Shown here: one piece after another, positions 1 to 11,023 of the stretch
Layout of the letters: every line of letters begins with the position of its first letter
Numbering within the stretch: the first letter of the stretch is position 1
Assembly: GCA_044892525.1 (NCBI GenBank)
Contig: CM097886.1
Coordinates: 84,754,001-84,818,000 of the forward strand
Source: Schmidtea polychroa
Taxonomy: Eukaryota
DNA: 64,000 nucleotides
Direction: 5' to 3'
Program-made: the position numbers and the translations under genes
The notes under the pieces: model-generated
What the model was told of the DNA's origin: nothing
The model's database searches: none
Seen by the model: only the letters and a program-made list of their open reading frames with translations

Positions 1-392
1 ATTTCCACAAAAAGCTTTTGGTGTTTTTCTTTANNNNNNNNNNNNNNNNNNNNNNNNNNNNNNNNNNNNNNNNNNNNNNNNNNNNNNNNNNNNNNNNNNN
101 NNNNNNNNNNNNNNNNNNNNNNNNNNNNNNNNNNNNNNNNNNNNNNNNNNNNNNNNNNNNNNNNNNNNAAGTTTAAAAAGTGTAATTTTTTGAATAACAA
201 AATATTTGTGAATGTAAGTATTTTTACTTAGAGTTTATTATTTTTTCAATAAAGTATCTTAAATATTAATTGAGGAATGGTGAAAGTAAGTATCACTAAT
301 AGTACTACTTTTTACTTTCATCATAGCACATGGCTTTGCCCTCATCACCACTTTTATATTTAATTTTAAATTCTTTTCAGTATAACTAAGAA

Positions 393-2941
393 ATGGAGAA
401 AAAAGAATTATCCGGAGCAAAGTGCCGCAAAAGAAAAGCGATAAGGGATATGGAACAAAAGAAGTTAACAGGTCAAATAAACAAATTCTTTAAAAAACGG
501 ATGAAATTTCTGCAAACAGTAATGAACCGAAAGAATTACATTCATTCACAGTCCAAAAAGTTATTGATTCACCTTCCTTAACTTTACCACATCAACACGA
601 AGGACATAACAATATCGCTACCACGTTGACCACAGAATGTGAATCTAATTTACATTTATCACCCCAAACAACTTCAGGAACAGTAAGTGAAACAGTGAGG
701 GAAAATGAAGTATTGATTTCATTTAAATCAAATGATCCAGCTACTTGGCCCAAAGTTATAAATGACAAACTTCGGAAAATTGTTATTGAGCAAGGTTCGA
801 TGATACCGATAGAACAAAAATTATATCCTCGAGACGATTGTGGTCGTAGTTTTAGTAATAACTATTACTATCGTAAGATAGCAAATAAAGATACTGTTTC
901 ACGAAGATAGCTTATATATTCATGTTCTGTAAATTGTGTTTTTTGTTCATGTTGCAAATTATTTGCAGGTGGAACAAGTTCTTTGACCACAGATGGTTAC
1001 TCAAATTGGCAAAATTTATCAAAACCTCTGAGTAGTCATGAAGTAATTAAATCCCATTTAACATCATTTATAAAGTGGGATGATGTAAAAAAACGATTAG
1101 AAAGTTTAGCACAATAGATAGTGAACTTGAAAAAGTATATGAAAGAGAAAAACGACATTGGTGCGGTGTGTTAGAACGAATTGTTGAAATAATAAAATAT
1201 CTCGCTAAACAAAATTTAGCTCTTCGAGGCTCGTCAGATATTATTTTCCAAAATAACAATGGTAATTTCTTAAAATTAGTTGAACTATTCTCTAAATTTG
1301 ATATGGTTATGGAAAACCATCTCGCAAAAATTCATAATACTCAAAAAAAAATACACAGTGCATTATTTAGGAAAAAATATTCAAAACGAAATAATATCCT
1401 TAATTTCAAAGAAAATAGTCGACGCTATTGTCGAGATGGTGATAAATGCCAAATATTTTTCCATAATATTAGATTGCACTCCTGATATCAGTCACACTGA
1501 ACAAATGACTATTATTATAAGATTTGTCCATAAAAACGAAAGCAATCAAATTACTGTAGAAGAACATTTTTTGGGTTTCGTAGAAATAGCTGATTCTACT
1601 GGCGAAGGTTTGTTTAAAAGCATAGTTGCTAAGTTAGAAGATTTAAATATAAATTTAAAAAATTTACATGGACAGGGCTATGATAATGGCTCTAACATGT
1701 GTAGTAAACACAACGGTGTTCAAAAACGCATTTTGGATAAGAACCCTCGAGCATTTTTTGTACCATGCGCAGCTCACACATTTAATCTAGTAATATGTGA
1801 TGCTGCTAAAGTTAATACAGAAACTATAATTTTTTTTGACATTATACAAGAACTTTATAATTTTTTTAGTCCTTCCACAATACGGTGGAATGTTTTAAAA
1901 CAATATAGCAAAATAACACTTAAACCTTTATCGGATACACGATGGAAATCAAGAATTGATGCTCTTAGTCCATTAAAAACAATATTGGTGATTATTTAGA
2001 CGCTTTACTTGCCATCCATGATAATGACAGAAATGACAAAATAAAATCTGAAGCTAAATCTTTGGCACTGAAGCTTGACTACGAATTTGTTTGTTCGCTG
2101 ATAATTTGGTACGACATTTTAAGCAGGATTAATGTTGTGAGCAAGATGTTTCAATCTTCAAGTACCAACCTAAATGAATCAACAAATAGTTTAAATAATT
2201 TAATAACATTTTTTAAAGAATTTCGTTTAGATGAAAATTTTAATAATATACTTAAAAAAGCTATAATTTTGGCACATGATATTGACATAGCTACTCAATT
2301 TAAAGAAAATCCATTACGTAGGCGTAAAAAACGTATGTTTAACTACGAATGTCGAGATGAAAGACCGACAGACACGGAAAAAAACTACAAAATTTCATGT
2401 TTTCTTCCAATTGTTGACAGTGCAATTAACTCAATAGTCGAAAGATTTGAACTTATGAATAGTCATGACGAAAAGTTTCAATTTCTCTTAAATTTTAATG
2501 AAATTTATAATTTGGATAATGAGATACTAAGAAATAAATGTACAGATTTACATAATGTGTTAACTGATGGTGAAGATATAGATATAAGTTCTTCAGAATT
2601 ATGTAACGAACTGTGTATATTTAAAGACACCATAACTCAACTTAATAGTTTTGATCCATTAGATATATTGCAGTATATTTATTCAAATGATTTATTTGAT
2701 ATATTTCCAAATATAGTTGTATCTTTGAGAATATTATTAGCACTACCTGTCTCAGTAGCAGCTGGCAAAAATCATTTTCCAGACTTAAACTAATTAAGAA
2801 TTATTTACGCTCAACCATTTCTCAAGAAAGACTAGTTGGCCTGTCTTTGATTGCTATTGAAAGCGATATCTGTGACAAAATCAAAATTAATGATGTGTTG
2901 GATGAATTTGCTTCCATAAAAGCAAGAAAAATAAAATTTTA
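393..2941 (+). pseudogene. hAT transposase pseudogene
   Basis: Several in-frame stops (e.g. 908-910) and frameshifts split an otherwise collinear transposase. Confidence 0.88.
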
Positions 2942-3151
2942 AATGAAATATTATGGTTTTCTAATTTATATATATAAGATTTCTATTTATTTTTTTTATG
3001 AATTAATGTCTAATTATATAGTAAATCTTTTTAATAATAAAGTTATAATACTTTACTGTGAAATTTGAGTTTTATTTCTGATATAATTTCCTATAAAAAG
3101 CGCTTAACAAAAAGTTGCATCGGGGCGCCAGCACCGCTAGAACCGGCCCTG
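393..3151 (+). mobile_element. hAT DNA transposon (ZMYM1/DUF4371/Tip100-like), decayed; right end at 3151
   Basis: The transposase is in fragments (393-581, 626-910, 1168-1485, 1280-1999, 2062-2793 and a frameshifted tail to ~2941). Motifs include SIILDCTPD, GQGYDNGSNM, FVPCAAHTFNL, TRWKSR and the dimerisation region LRILLALPVSVA. The right terminus is ...GAACCGGCCCTG (reverse complement CAGGGCCGG). The left end was not seen. Confidence 0.9.
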
Positions 3152-4658
3152 TATATCGCTATATATATATATTAGAAAAATTAGCAAAGCTCAACGTTTA
3201 AATTTCAGTGGAAATTTCGCAACGGGCTAAGCCAGCCAATAGAATATCATTACTATGCGTAGTCGAATCATTTAAATTTATTATTTTAGATATTTATTTT
3301 TTAAAGTGCAATTATAATAATTGATAAAATTGTGATAATTATCTATTATAAATTGATCATATACAAATCTTAGCATGCAAATAATAATTAATTTCGATTG
3401 TAAGATCATTTGTTTATCAAATATAATAAACCATTTTCCTTGGTAAGAATTTAATGTAATTTGAAAATGTCGATATTATAAACAAATATTTTATGATGCT
3501 ATATTTATTTGTTTGTATGTTGATTATACTTATCAATTTGAACAACTTATAAGAATCTTTTATTTTTTTGGACACTTCATTTATTATGATATTTCAATTA
3601 TTTTCATTCTGATAAAAAATTAAAAATTTTTGTTGCATAGAATTAATTTTTAATCTTTTTCTGAATGAAAGTAAACGAAATGTCAAAACGTAAGGTATTC
3701 AAACTTTTAATAATAAGAAGCTCTGAATACGAAATGCTTAAAGAACAGATATTAATAATGCTTATTCCAAAGATATTTAGAGATATCATGGTTATTTTTA
3801 TTATCAAAACTTTCTTTTGACAAAAGCTTGAAGCAGAAAAAAAATCATATATTTGATTATTATGAGTTATTGATACTGAGAAATCATGGAATCATTGCAT
3901 TTGGATAAGAAAATCAAGCTAAATATCTACTGAGCGATTGACATGAATTCTGTACATCTACTATAGAAAACAGAAAAATAAACCCCCAGTAACCCCCCTG
4001 CGTACGCGCATGTCACTAAATAATAATAACTGATAAAAATAGATAATAATTACTATAAATAAACAATATATTTCTATTTTTTATAGTAGCAGCATTTTTG
4101 GGTTATCTATTTAGCATATTGTGCATAATCAAATATATTTTTAGACAGAAAACAAGCGTTGTCTTATTTAATACATATTTTATTATTTATAATACTACAC
4201 GTCAGAAAGTTTATCTTTGGAGTCAGATAAATCAGTGTTTTGTGTTAGACATCTTAGTCCTCTAGATCGATATTAACATTAGGACTTTAACTCTTTGAGT
4301 GCTAATATGATTTTTTGCTAGTGGAAAATAGAAATTTTAAAATATATTTATTAAATAATTTCAAAGCATTTTATTTACGAAACGAATTTCGAAAACAAAA
4401 AATAAATGTATGGCTTGGGCCTTAAAATCCTAGCACTTCCTACTAGTGAATTAATTTGTGAATTAATTCCTCATTTGCCGCTATCTTTGATAACTGGTAT
4501 ATAGTGACATTCAATAAAATTACGGAGAATGATTAAATTATAGTAAATAAGAGGTATTGTATAATTGTATAGTATTTAAAACAATATTTTTGAAAAAATT
4601 TTCAAAATCATCATTTATTTACTGCGGAACTATAATTAAAAGTGTGCAGTAAAAGTCA

Positions 4659-5462
4659 TTAATCATAGACAAAAGTTAAACACATTTCACGCTTGGTGGA
4701 TTTACGGATTAAATAATATCTAAAAACAAAAAAGAGAATTAGCACAATTATTGCAGATAAAAAAGACATTAATGAGAAAAGGATAACATAAAAAAAGTTA
4801 TGTTTTAATTGTGACCAATTGCAGTGTTCTTTCGTGAATGTTACAATAACTTCTGAATGGTCGACTTTATTATCTAAATAGAAAGTCACAGTTCTGTTGG
4901 ATTTGTTGACAAAATGATCACGGAGACATTTGTAGGTTCGTTTGCAATTGAATAAAGTTATCTCCCATTCGTCACATGGCATTCTTAAATGAGAAAATCC
5001 TAGATTTGTTGATGCGGTGTTCAAACAGACAATTGTAAGTTTAAAAGACTTTATTATTGAAATATTTTCGAAGCTGTTCTCATCAATCTTTGTCGGGTTA
5101 ACGATCTTTATAATGTTAAGATTCTTTAAACTTCTGAAAGTCGAATTTGTAAAATAATTGACTTTTATATTCGGAATTATAATTCCATGAACCTCTTTAA
5201 CGTCAGAGAGAATGTTTCCAAAACTTTCATTTGTTATCAAATCAACTTCAATAATTTGACCACTTTCTCCCGATAAAGTAACCGTTTTGTCAGTTGCGTC
5301 GTAATTATAGTAGATTTTCGTATGGTTTGAATTGATACTTTTTCTTGACAGATTCTCGCATGTCAAAATCCTTTTCTCAATATAACAGCTGATATTGCTG
5401 GACTCTATTGGCAGTGAAATATAAAACATTATGAAATAAAATGGGATAATATCATAAGTCAT
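4659..5462 (-). CDS. Single-exon type I membrane glycoprotein with LRR-like (BspA/LRR_5-like) segment
   Basis: 267-aa ORF with a hydrophobic N-terminus, 9 N-x-S/T sequons and the LRR-like stretch IIIPNIKVNYFTNSTFRSLKNLNIIKIVNPTKIDENSFENI. A C-terminal TM helix FFYVILFSLMSFLSAIIVLILFFVF is followed by a basic RYYLIRK. Confidence 0.6.
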   Translation of the reverse strand: MTYDIIPFYFIMFYISLPIESSNISCYIEKRILTCENLSRKSINSNHTKIYYNYDATDKTVTLSGESGQIIEVDLITNESFGNILSDVKEVHGIIIPNIKVNYFTNSTFRSLKNLNIIKIVNPTKIDENSFENISIIKSFKLTIVCLNTASTNLGFSHLRMPCDEWEITLFNCKRTYKCLRDHFVNKSNRTVTFYLDNKVDHSEVIVTFTKEHCNWSQLKHNFFYVILFSLMSFLSAIIVLILFFVFRYYLIRKSTKREMCLTFVYD

Positions 5463-6567
5463 TTTGATTTTAGATTTTAAAATATTCGTTTATTAAATAT
5501 TAATACTTGATAATTTAAATAAACGGAAATAATTNNNNNNNNNNNNNNNNNNNNNNNNNNNNNNNNNNNNNNNNNNNNNNNNNNNNNNNNNNNNNNNNNN
5601 NNNNNNNNNNNNNNNNNNNNNNNNNNNNNNNNNNNNNNNNNNNNNNNNNNNNNNNNNNNNNNNNNNNNNNNNNNNNNNNNNNNTAACAAATATAAAAGCA
5701 AATAAAATTTTTAAACTAAAAAATTTACCTTTGATGAAATTTTAGACACAATTTTTTTGTTGTCAACTTGCTCTCAGTTTTCGATTTATGCCATTGTGGT
5801 AGGTTTGTTTTGTGTGAAATGATTTTTAAGTTAATAAATTTTTACATTTAATTTAGTTGTTTTTGTTCTTTTTATCATTCATTTCTAGTTTAAATTTTTA
5901 TGTTTTTTGAGTAATTTTAATAGTTATGGTGGAGTGGAACTTACTATTAGCCAAGGATCAGGAGAAATTCTCTGTCTTCAGATCTTGTGGGTTAAAGGCA
6001 GTTTCAAACACCCAGCTGATTTGATTTGTCACGGAGGGCCTTCGTCGAGTTGATCGCTGACATCTTTTTATGGATTATAGTGAGTTAGGCTAGTAATCAA
6101 GAAAGTAAGATCGATTGTAAGTAGAGAAGATTTAGTTTTGGGGTAACATTATAGAAACATCGAGTAACTAGGATTAAATATAGGTCAGAATAAGAAATAT
6201 AGGCAGATCCCTGTTCAAATTTTCCGAAGAATAAGTCGAATATCCTTAAACATTGCAGAAAGTATAGCACAACATTTACGAACAAGAAAATAAGGGCAGA
6301 TCCCTGCGCAAAATTTTCGAAAGTAACATCGACTAACATCCAGCAATGAGGACCACAATAAAATGAATAAATGAATGGCAATAATCTAAGAGATAGATAA
6401 TGAACAGTGACGTAAGACCTTCTATCGGTAGTCCAGAAACTGAGAATGAAAATAAAATGAGGAGTAGTTTTAGCAGTAGAGCTCACCTGCTCATTGATTT
6501 TCAGATATTGTTTACATCACCAACATAATTGTTTCCATGGTTACGCAGATGGTATAAAGTAAAATAG

Positions 6568-6800
6568 TGGTGGGTTACAGGTAAGTATACCTTTTACGTA
6601 TTCGTGCTGTTTCCAGTGTAACCCAGAATACAAACGATTGCTTCTCCGCTTGATACCCGTTGAGCGATCAACGTTGGTACTGAATCAAGAGGGTGAGTGC
6701 TCGCAAAAAATGAGCGCGCTACTTGCACTATAATTGTCGAGCACTCCTTTGGGTTCACGAACTACCGTTAGAAGGTTTATGTCCGCTTTACATGGTCCCT
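6568..6800 (-). ncRNA. Conserved structured RNA motif, copy B
   Basis: Aligns by eye with 46905-47135(+) and 49577-49806(-). Stems are GAGUGCUCG/CGAGCACUC and CGUUGA-UCGC-UCAACG, with the AGUACCAA loop (plus strand 6674-6681) and a CUG-GAAA-CAG hairpin. Confidence 0.7.
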
Positions 6801-6900
6801 GTCGTCAGATAGTGCTCCCGATAACTTGTTAACGTATCTTGTATTCTCCCGCGTACCCCACCATTCGTATCAATCATCATTATTCATGGATCAATCTTTC

Positions 6901-6960
6901 CTAACTTCCCTGAAGATGGGCCGACTTTTCCGTCTTCGTTGATCTTCTTGCGTCTGACAT
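6901..6960 (-). pseudogene. Truncated accessory mini-ORF (MSDARRSTKTEKSAHLQGS) upstream of RNA copy B
   Basis: The ATG at 6960 immediately follows an acceptor-like TTAATCTCATTTAG, the same arrangement as at 45641, 58725 and 60464. Confidence 0.4.
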
Positions 6961-7714
6961 CTAAATGAGATTAATAAATTAAAGTAATAAATATTTAACT
7001 TAAATTAATAAATTAAATTAGTAAATCTTTGACTTAAATACTTGTTTTAAATGATGACATAACAGTCATTTATTTATCACCCCAAAGCGGTGAATTCAAA
7101 TTTTAATATTTATTTGGAATTTCAATTTTTAAGTAATTATTTATGAAATTGCCACAACTGAAAACGATTTTAAACCTGAAATAGAAACACTAGTCGAAGC
7201 ACACGGGTCTAAATTACTTAGTAAACCTTTCAGGAAAAGATGAATTTCCATTCATTATTGGAATTCTATCGGCTCTAAAAACGAATTTTATACTTACTGG
7301 ACGACAGAAATTAGTTGCCGAAATATTAGAACAGGCAAAATTAACACTGATGCTAAATTTTCGACATTGATTTTAAATTGCAAACAAGCTGCTAAATTGG
7401 TTTCGAAAAATGTACATGCCGATGATTTGTTGATGCTACTTTTCGCACAATATAAATGACATCGTAAAAATAACGGAATCGATTGAAGGATCAAAACTTA
7501 GTGACATTATGAAATGTTTGGTTGAGTTTTTGTTCTATTAAATATGACATGCCTTTTCTTTGGATTATTATTATTATTATTGAAGATGTTCAGATTTCGG
7601 ATTAGGGGGTTGTGATTGTTTGAGGTTGGATTGCAGGTATATATTGTTATTAATGTACGTAGAGATTTTATTATGTGAATTATTCGTGCAATAAATAGTC
7701 GATTACAGAAAGTT

Positions 7715-10175
7715 GCTTGCTTTCGTGGCCACACTGTGCTCAGTACAACAAGCCCTAGTGTTATGTAAGCAATGCAGCTACAGCCGAACCAAAAAAGCCC
7801 GTTTTAACCACAAATAGATCAATTTGAATCATATTTACCACCAAACTAAGTTGGTCACCACGAAGTATTTTAAAGCAGATACACTACACCGTTTACACAG
7901 TGCAGTCAACCGCCACTCCGGGTTGGTAAATCATTTTAATTCTTGCATTTGCAGGTTGTGGACCTCATACACTAGCATAGATGCTAGATTAGTTGGGATC
8001 TCGTGTTGAAATTGTCAACAACGGGGATCTCGGTCAATCCGTCATTGATAAAGATTAGAACATAATGATTAAAAAAATTGTCTGTAAACATGATAACTCA
8101 TATATTAATGAAAATCCCTTACTTACAATCTCAGAAAAATCAAGATCAAAATTTTGGCATAGGAGTAAGCATTTAAAAGTGACAAAATGTGTTAGTTTAT
8201 ATAGTCTCTGTTTGGTGTGAAAGTAGGCATGCGTGCATTGATGCAGTAAAACAAATTCGAATTATTTTAATTCTCGAACATTCGATTTTTAATTTTTATC
8301 GATTTTGATGGCGATTTTTCAGTAAGAATTTTTGTTTTTCTTTTTGGGATTTTGTTTTTGAATTATTTTTTATTAAATTTGCCTCCATGATGGATTTCAG
8401 CATTTCCAGAACATTCCATGCTAAATTTAATCTATTTCTTATTTTGAAATTATTTTTTATGATTTCTTTTCTAAAATTTTTATTTTTTATAAATTTTATT
8501 GAGTTGTTTGGCGGTCATGATGGATTTCGCCATTTTTATGAATTGTTCTGGATTTTTATTCAAAATATCGATATAATTTTCTTTACGGAAGATTTTATGG
8601 AGATTTTCTTTAATTTTCTTTTTTAATTTTTACTAATCGCCTTTATTCGAATTTGTTTTTGTTGTTTTATGTCTTTCGGTTATATTTGAGTAAGTTTTTG
8701 TGTAATGCTTCTTGCTCGTGTTTTATTTTATTTTTAATTCAGATGTTTTATTTTTGGGTATATTATCTCTCTATTATCATTGTTTACTTGGTGTTTTTAT
8801 ATATTTTTATTTAAGTGAACTTAATGCTGGGTATGTGTGTTGTGTACTGACACTTTTCGTCCTCTTCCTAACTTTGGGTTTAGAAATCAGTTCTAACCCA
8901 GCAATAGTCATGAAGTCGTTTGAGAAAGAGTTGATTGAAAATCCATAAGAAACCCCATTTTGGGCTAGAACTGATTTCTAGACCCAAAAAACTAAGTTCA
9001 TGACTAAAATGTGTCGGTACATAACCTGCAACTCAGCACTAAGGTAAATTAAAATCAAAACATATAAAACACCAATTAAACATTAATAATTAAGAAAACA
9101 ACACACAAAAAATTAAAACATCCAAATAAATATAAAATAAACCCAACAAGAAGTATTGCACAAAATCCTACTCATATATAGCAGAAAAACATACAAACAA
9201 CCGAAAACAAATCCGAATAATGGCAATTTGAAAAATTAAAGAGAAAATTAAATAAATAAAGAAAATTATTTAGAGAAAATTACAGCAAATTTCAATTATA
9301 AAACCCAGAATAATCCATAAAAATGGCGAAATCCATAATGGCCACCGAACGACCTAATAAAATTTATAAAAATAAATATTTTAATTAAAATATAAAAATA
9401 TTTTTAAGGAAAATTTACAAAAAACAATTTCAAAATTAAAAATTGGAATCAATTTAACATGGAATGTTCTGAAAATGCCCAAATCCATCATGGATGTAAA
9501 TTTAGCAAAAAAATAATTACAAAATAAAATTTTGATAAATAAAACAAAAATTATTGCGAAAAAACCGCCAAGAAAATTAATAAAAATCAAAACTAGAAAA
9601 TTCTAGAATTAAAATAATTCTGATTTGTTTTACTGCACTAATACATGCACACAAACTCACACACCAAAAGTAAGGCATATATACCGACGCATTTCAGTCA
9701 CAGACACACTCTTCTTAGCCAAATTTATTTTGTGTAATTTTTGGAAGAAATCGATCAGTAAGGAACTTTCATTACTATATGTGTTATCATGCTTAAAAAT
9801 ATTTTCTTTTTTTTATCTTCAATTTTCATCAATGATCTAAAACTAACTAAAACTCCCGTTTTTGACAATTTCAACACGAGATCCCAACCAATCCGGCATC
9901 TATACAATTATATGAGGTCCACAACCTGCAAACACAAGAAGCAAAATGATTTCCAACCCGGAGTGGCGGATGACTACACTGTGTATACGGTGTGGTGTAC
10001 CTGCTTGAAGATACTTCATGGTAACCAACTTAGTTAATGAAACCATGCTTGATGATAAACATAATTCTAAATAATTTATTTGTGGTTATAACGGGGTTTT
10101 TGGTTCGGCTGTAGCTGCGGTTCCTACATAACCATAGGGCTTCGAAGTACCGTGTCGAGTCGGCCGGGAAATCAA
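7715..10175. mobile_element. Foldback-type element: ~2.4-kb imperfect palindrome
   Basis: Paired inverted blocks: 7780-8030 vs 9860-10120, 8180-8330 vs 9560-9710, 8390-8430 vs 9460-9490 and 8500-8560 vs 9300-9350. The centre has TAGAAATCAGTTCTA / TAGAACTGATTTCTA. No coding capacity and no TSD were identified. Confidence 0.8.
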
Positions 10176-11023
10176 ACACTTTTACTAATTAATCAGACTT
10201 ATAGTATAAGTGGTAGACGACATAATCATCATTCAATTTGACATCATACAATCCACTAAGGGTATGTGTCCCGGCGTCGCATCGGTCGAGGGAATATACG
10301 ATAACCTTAATAGACTTAACCTTATACATACTACAATAATGCTATTTTAATACTATGATTTATGACTTCAGAACCTTCAATTTGACTAATCTATTGTAAA
10401 CTAAAACTCTAACAATCTATAGTAAAATGCGGTATCGACTAGGCTGATAGCATATTAGGGCAACTCATACTAAACTATGGAAGTAACTAACAGATAAAAT
10501 ATCGGAAAATTCCTACCCTTTAGTGAAAAGTCAACATAAAATATATATCCCGATAAAGAGCAACCACTTTATGAATATTTACGTTAAAAGAGATCAATTA
10601 GAAGAAATGGAATTCTGTAACAACTTAAACCACCTATACTAAAATAAATGGCAAAAGATTCATCACTACTAATGTTAAAATCAATCAATGAGAAGTAAAT
10701 AAAATTTGTGGGAATAACCTAAAATCATCAAATAGCAATACTAGGAGTTAACTGAAATAATATTTTTCATTTAACAGTTTGTATATGAAATTTTGAAAAT
10801 ATAGGTATGTTTTTAAGAAAATATTGTTAAACTTTTTTGTAAATTTATTGAAATTTATAATTTAATAATAACTTTAATTTAAATATTCGTATAATTAATA
10901 TATATTTTTAGGTTGTATTTTTAATTTCAGGTTGCTATTATTTAAAAATTACCATAAAATCAATTATTTTTAAATATAAAAGTCGTTTTAAAGCATGTTT
11001 GAGTAATTATTCAAAATTTTAAA

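Noticed and set aside
5477-5701. ORFs containing X runs (also 21972-22226 and 23051-23338)
   Set aside because: They are artefacts of assembly N-gaps.
8387-9840. Hydrophobic Phe/Ile-rich ORFs in the foldback element
   Set aside because: They are a by-product of T-rich low-complexity sequence in a non-coding palindrome.
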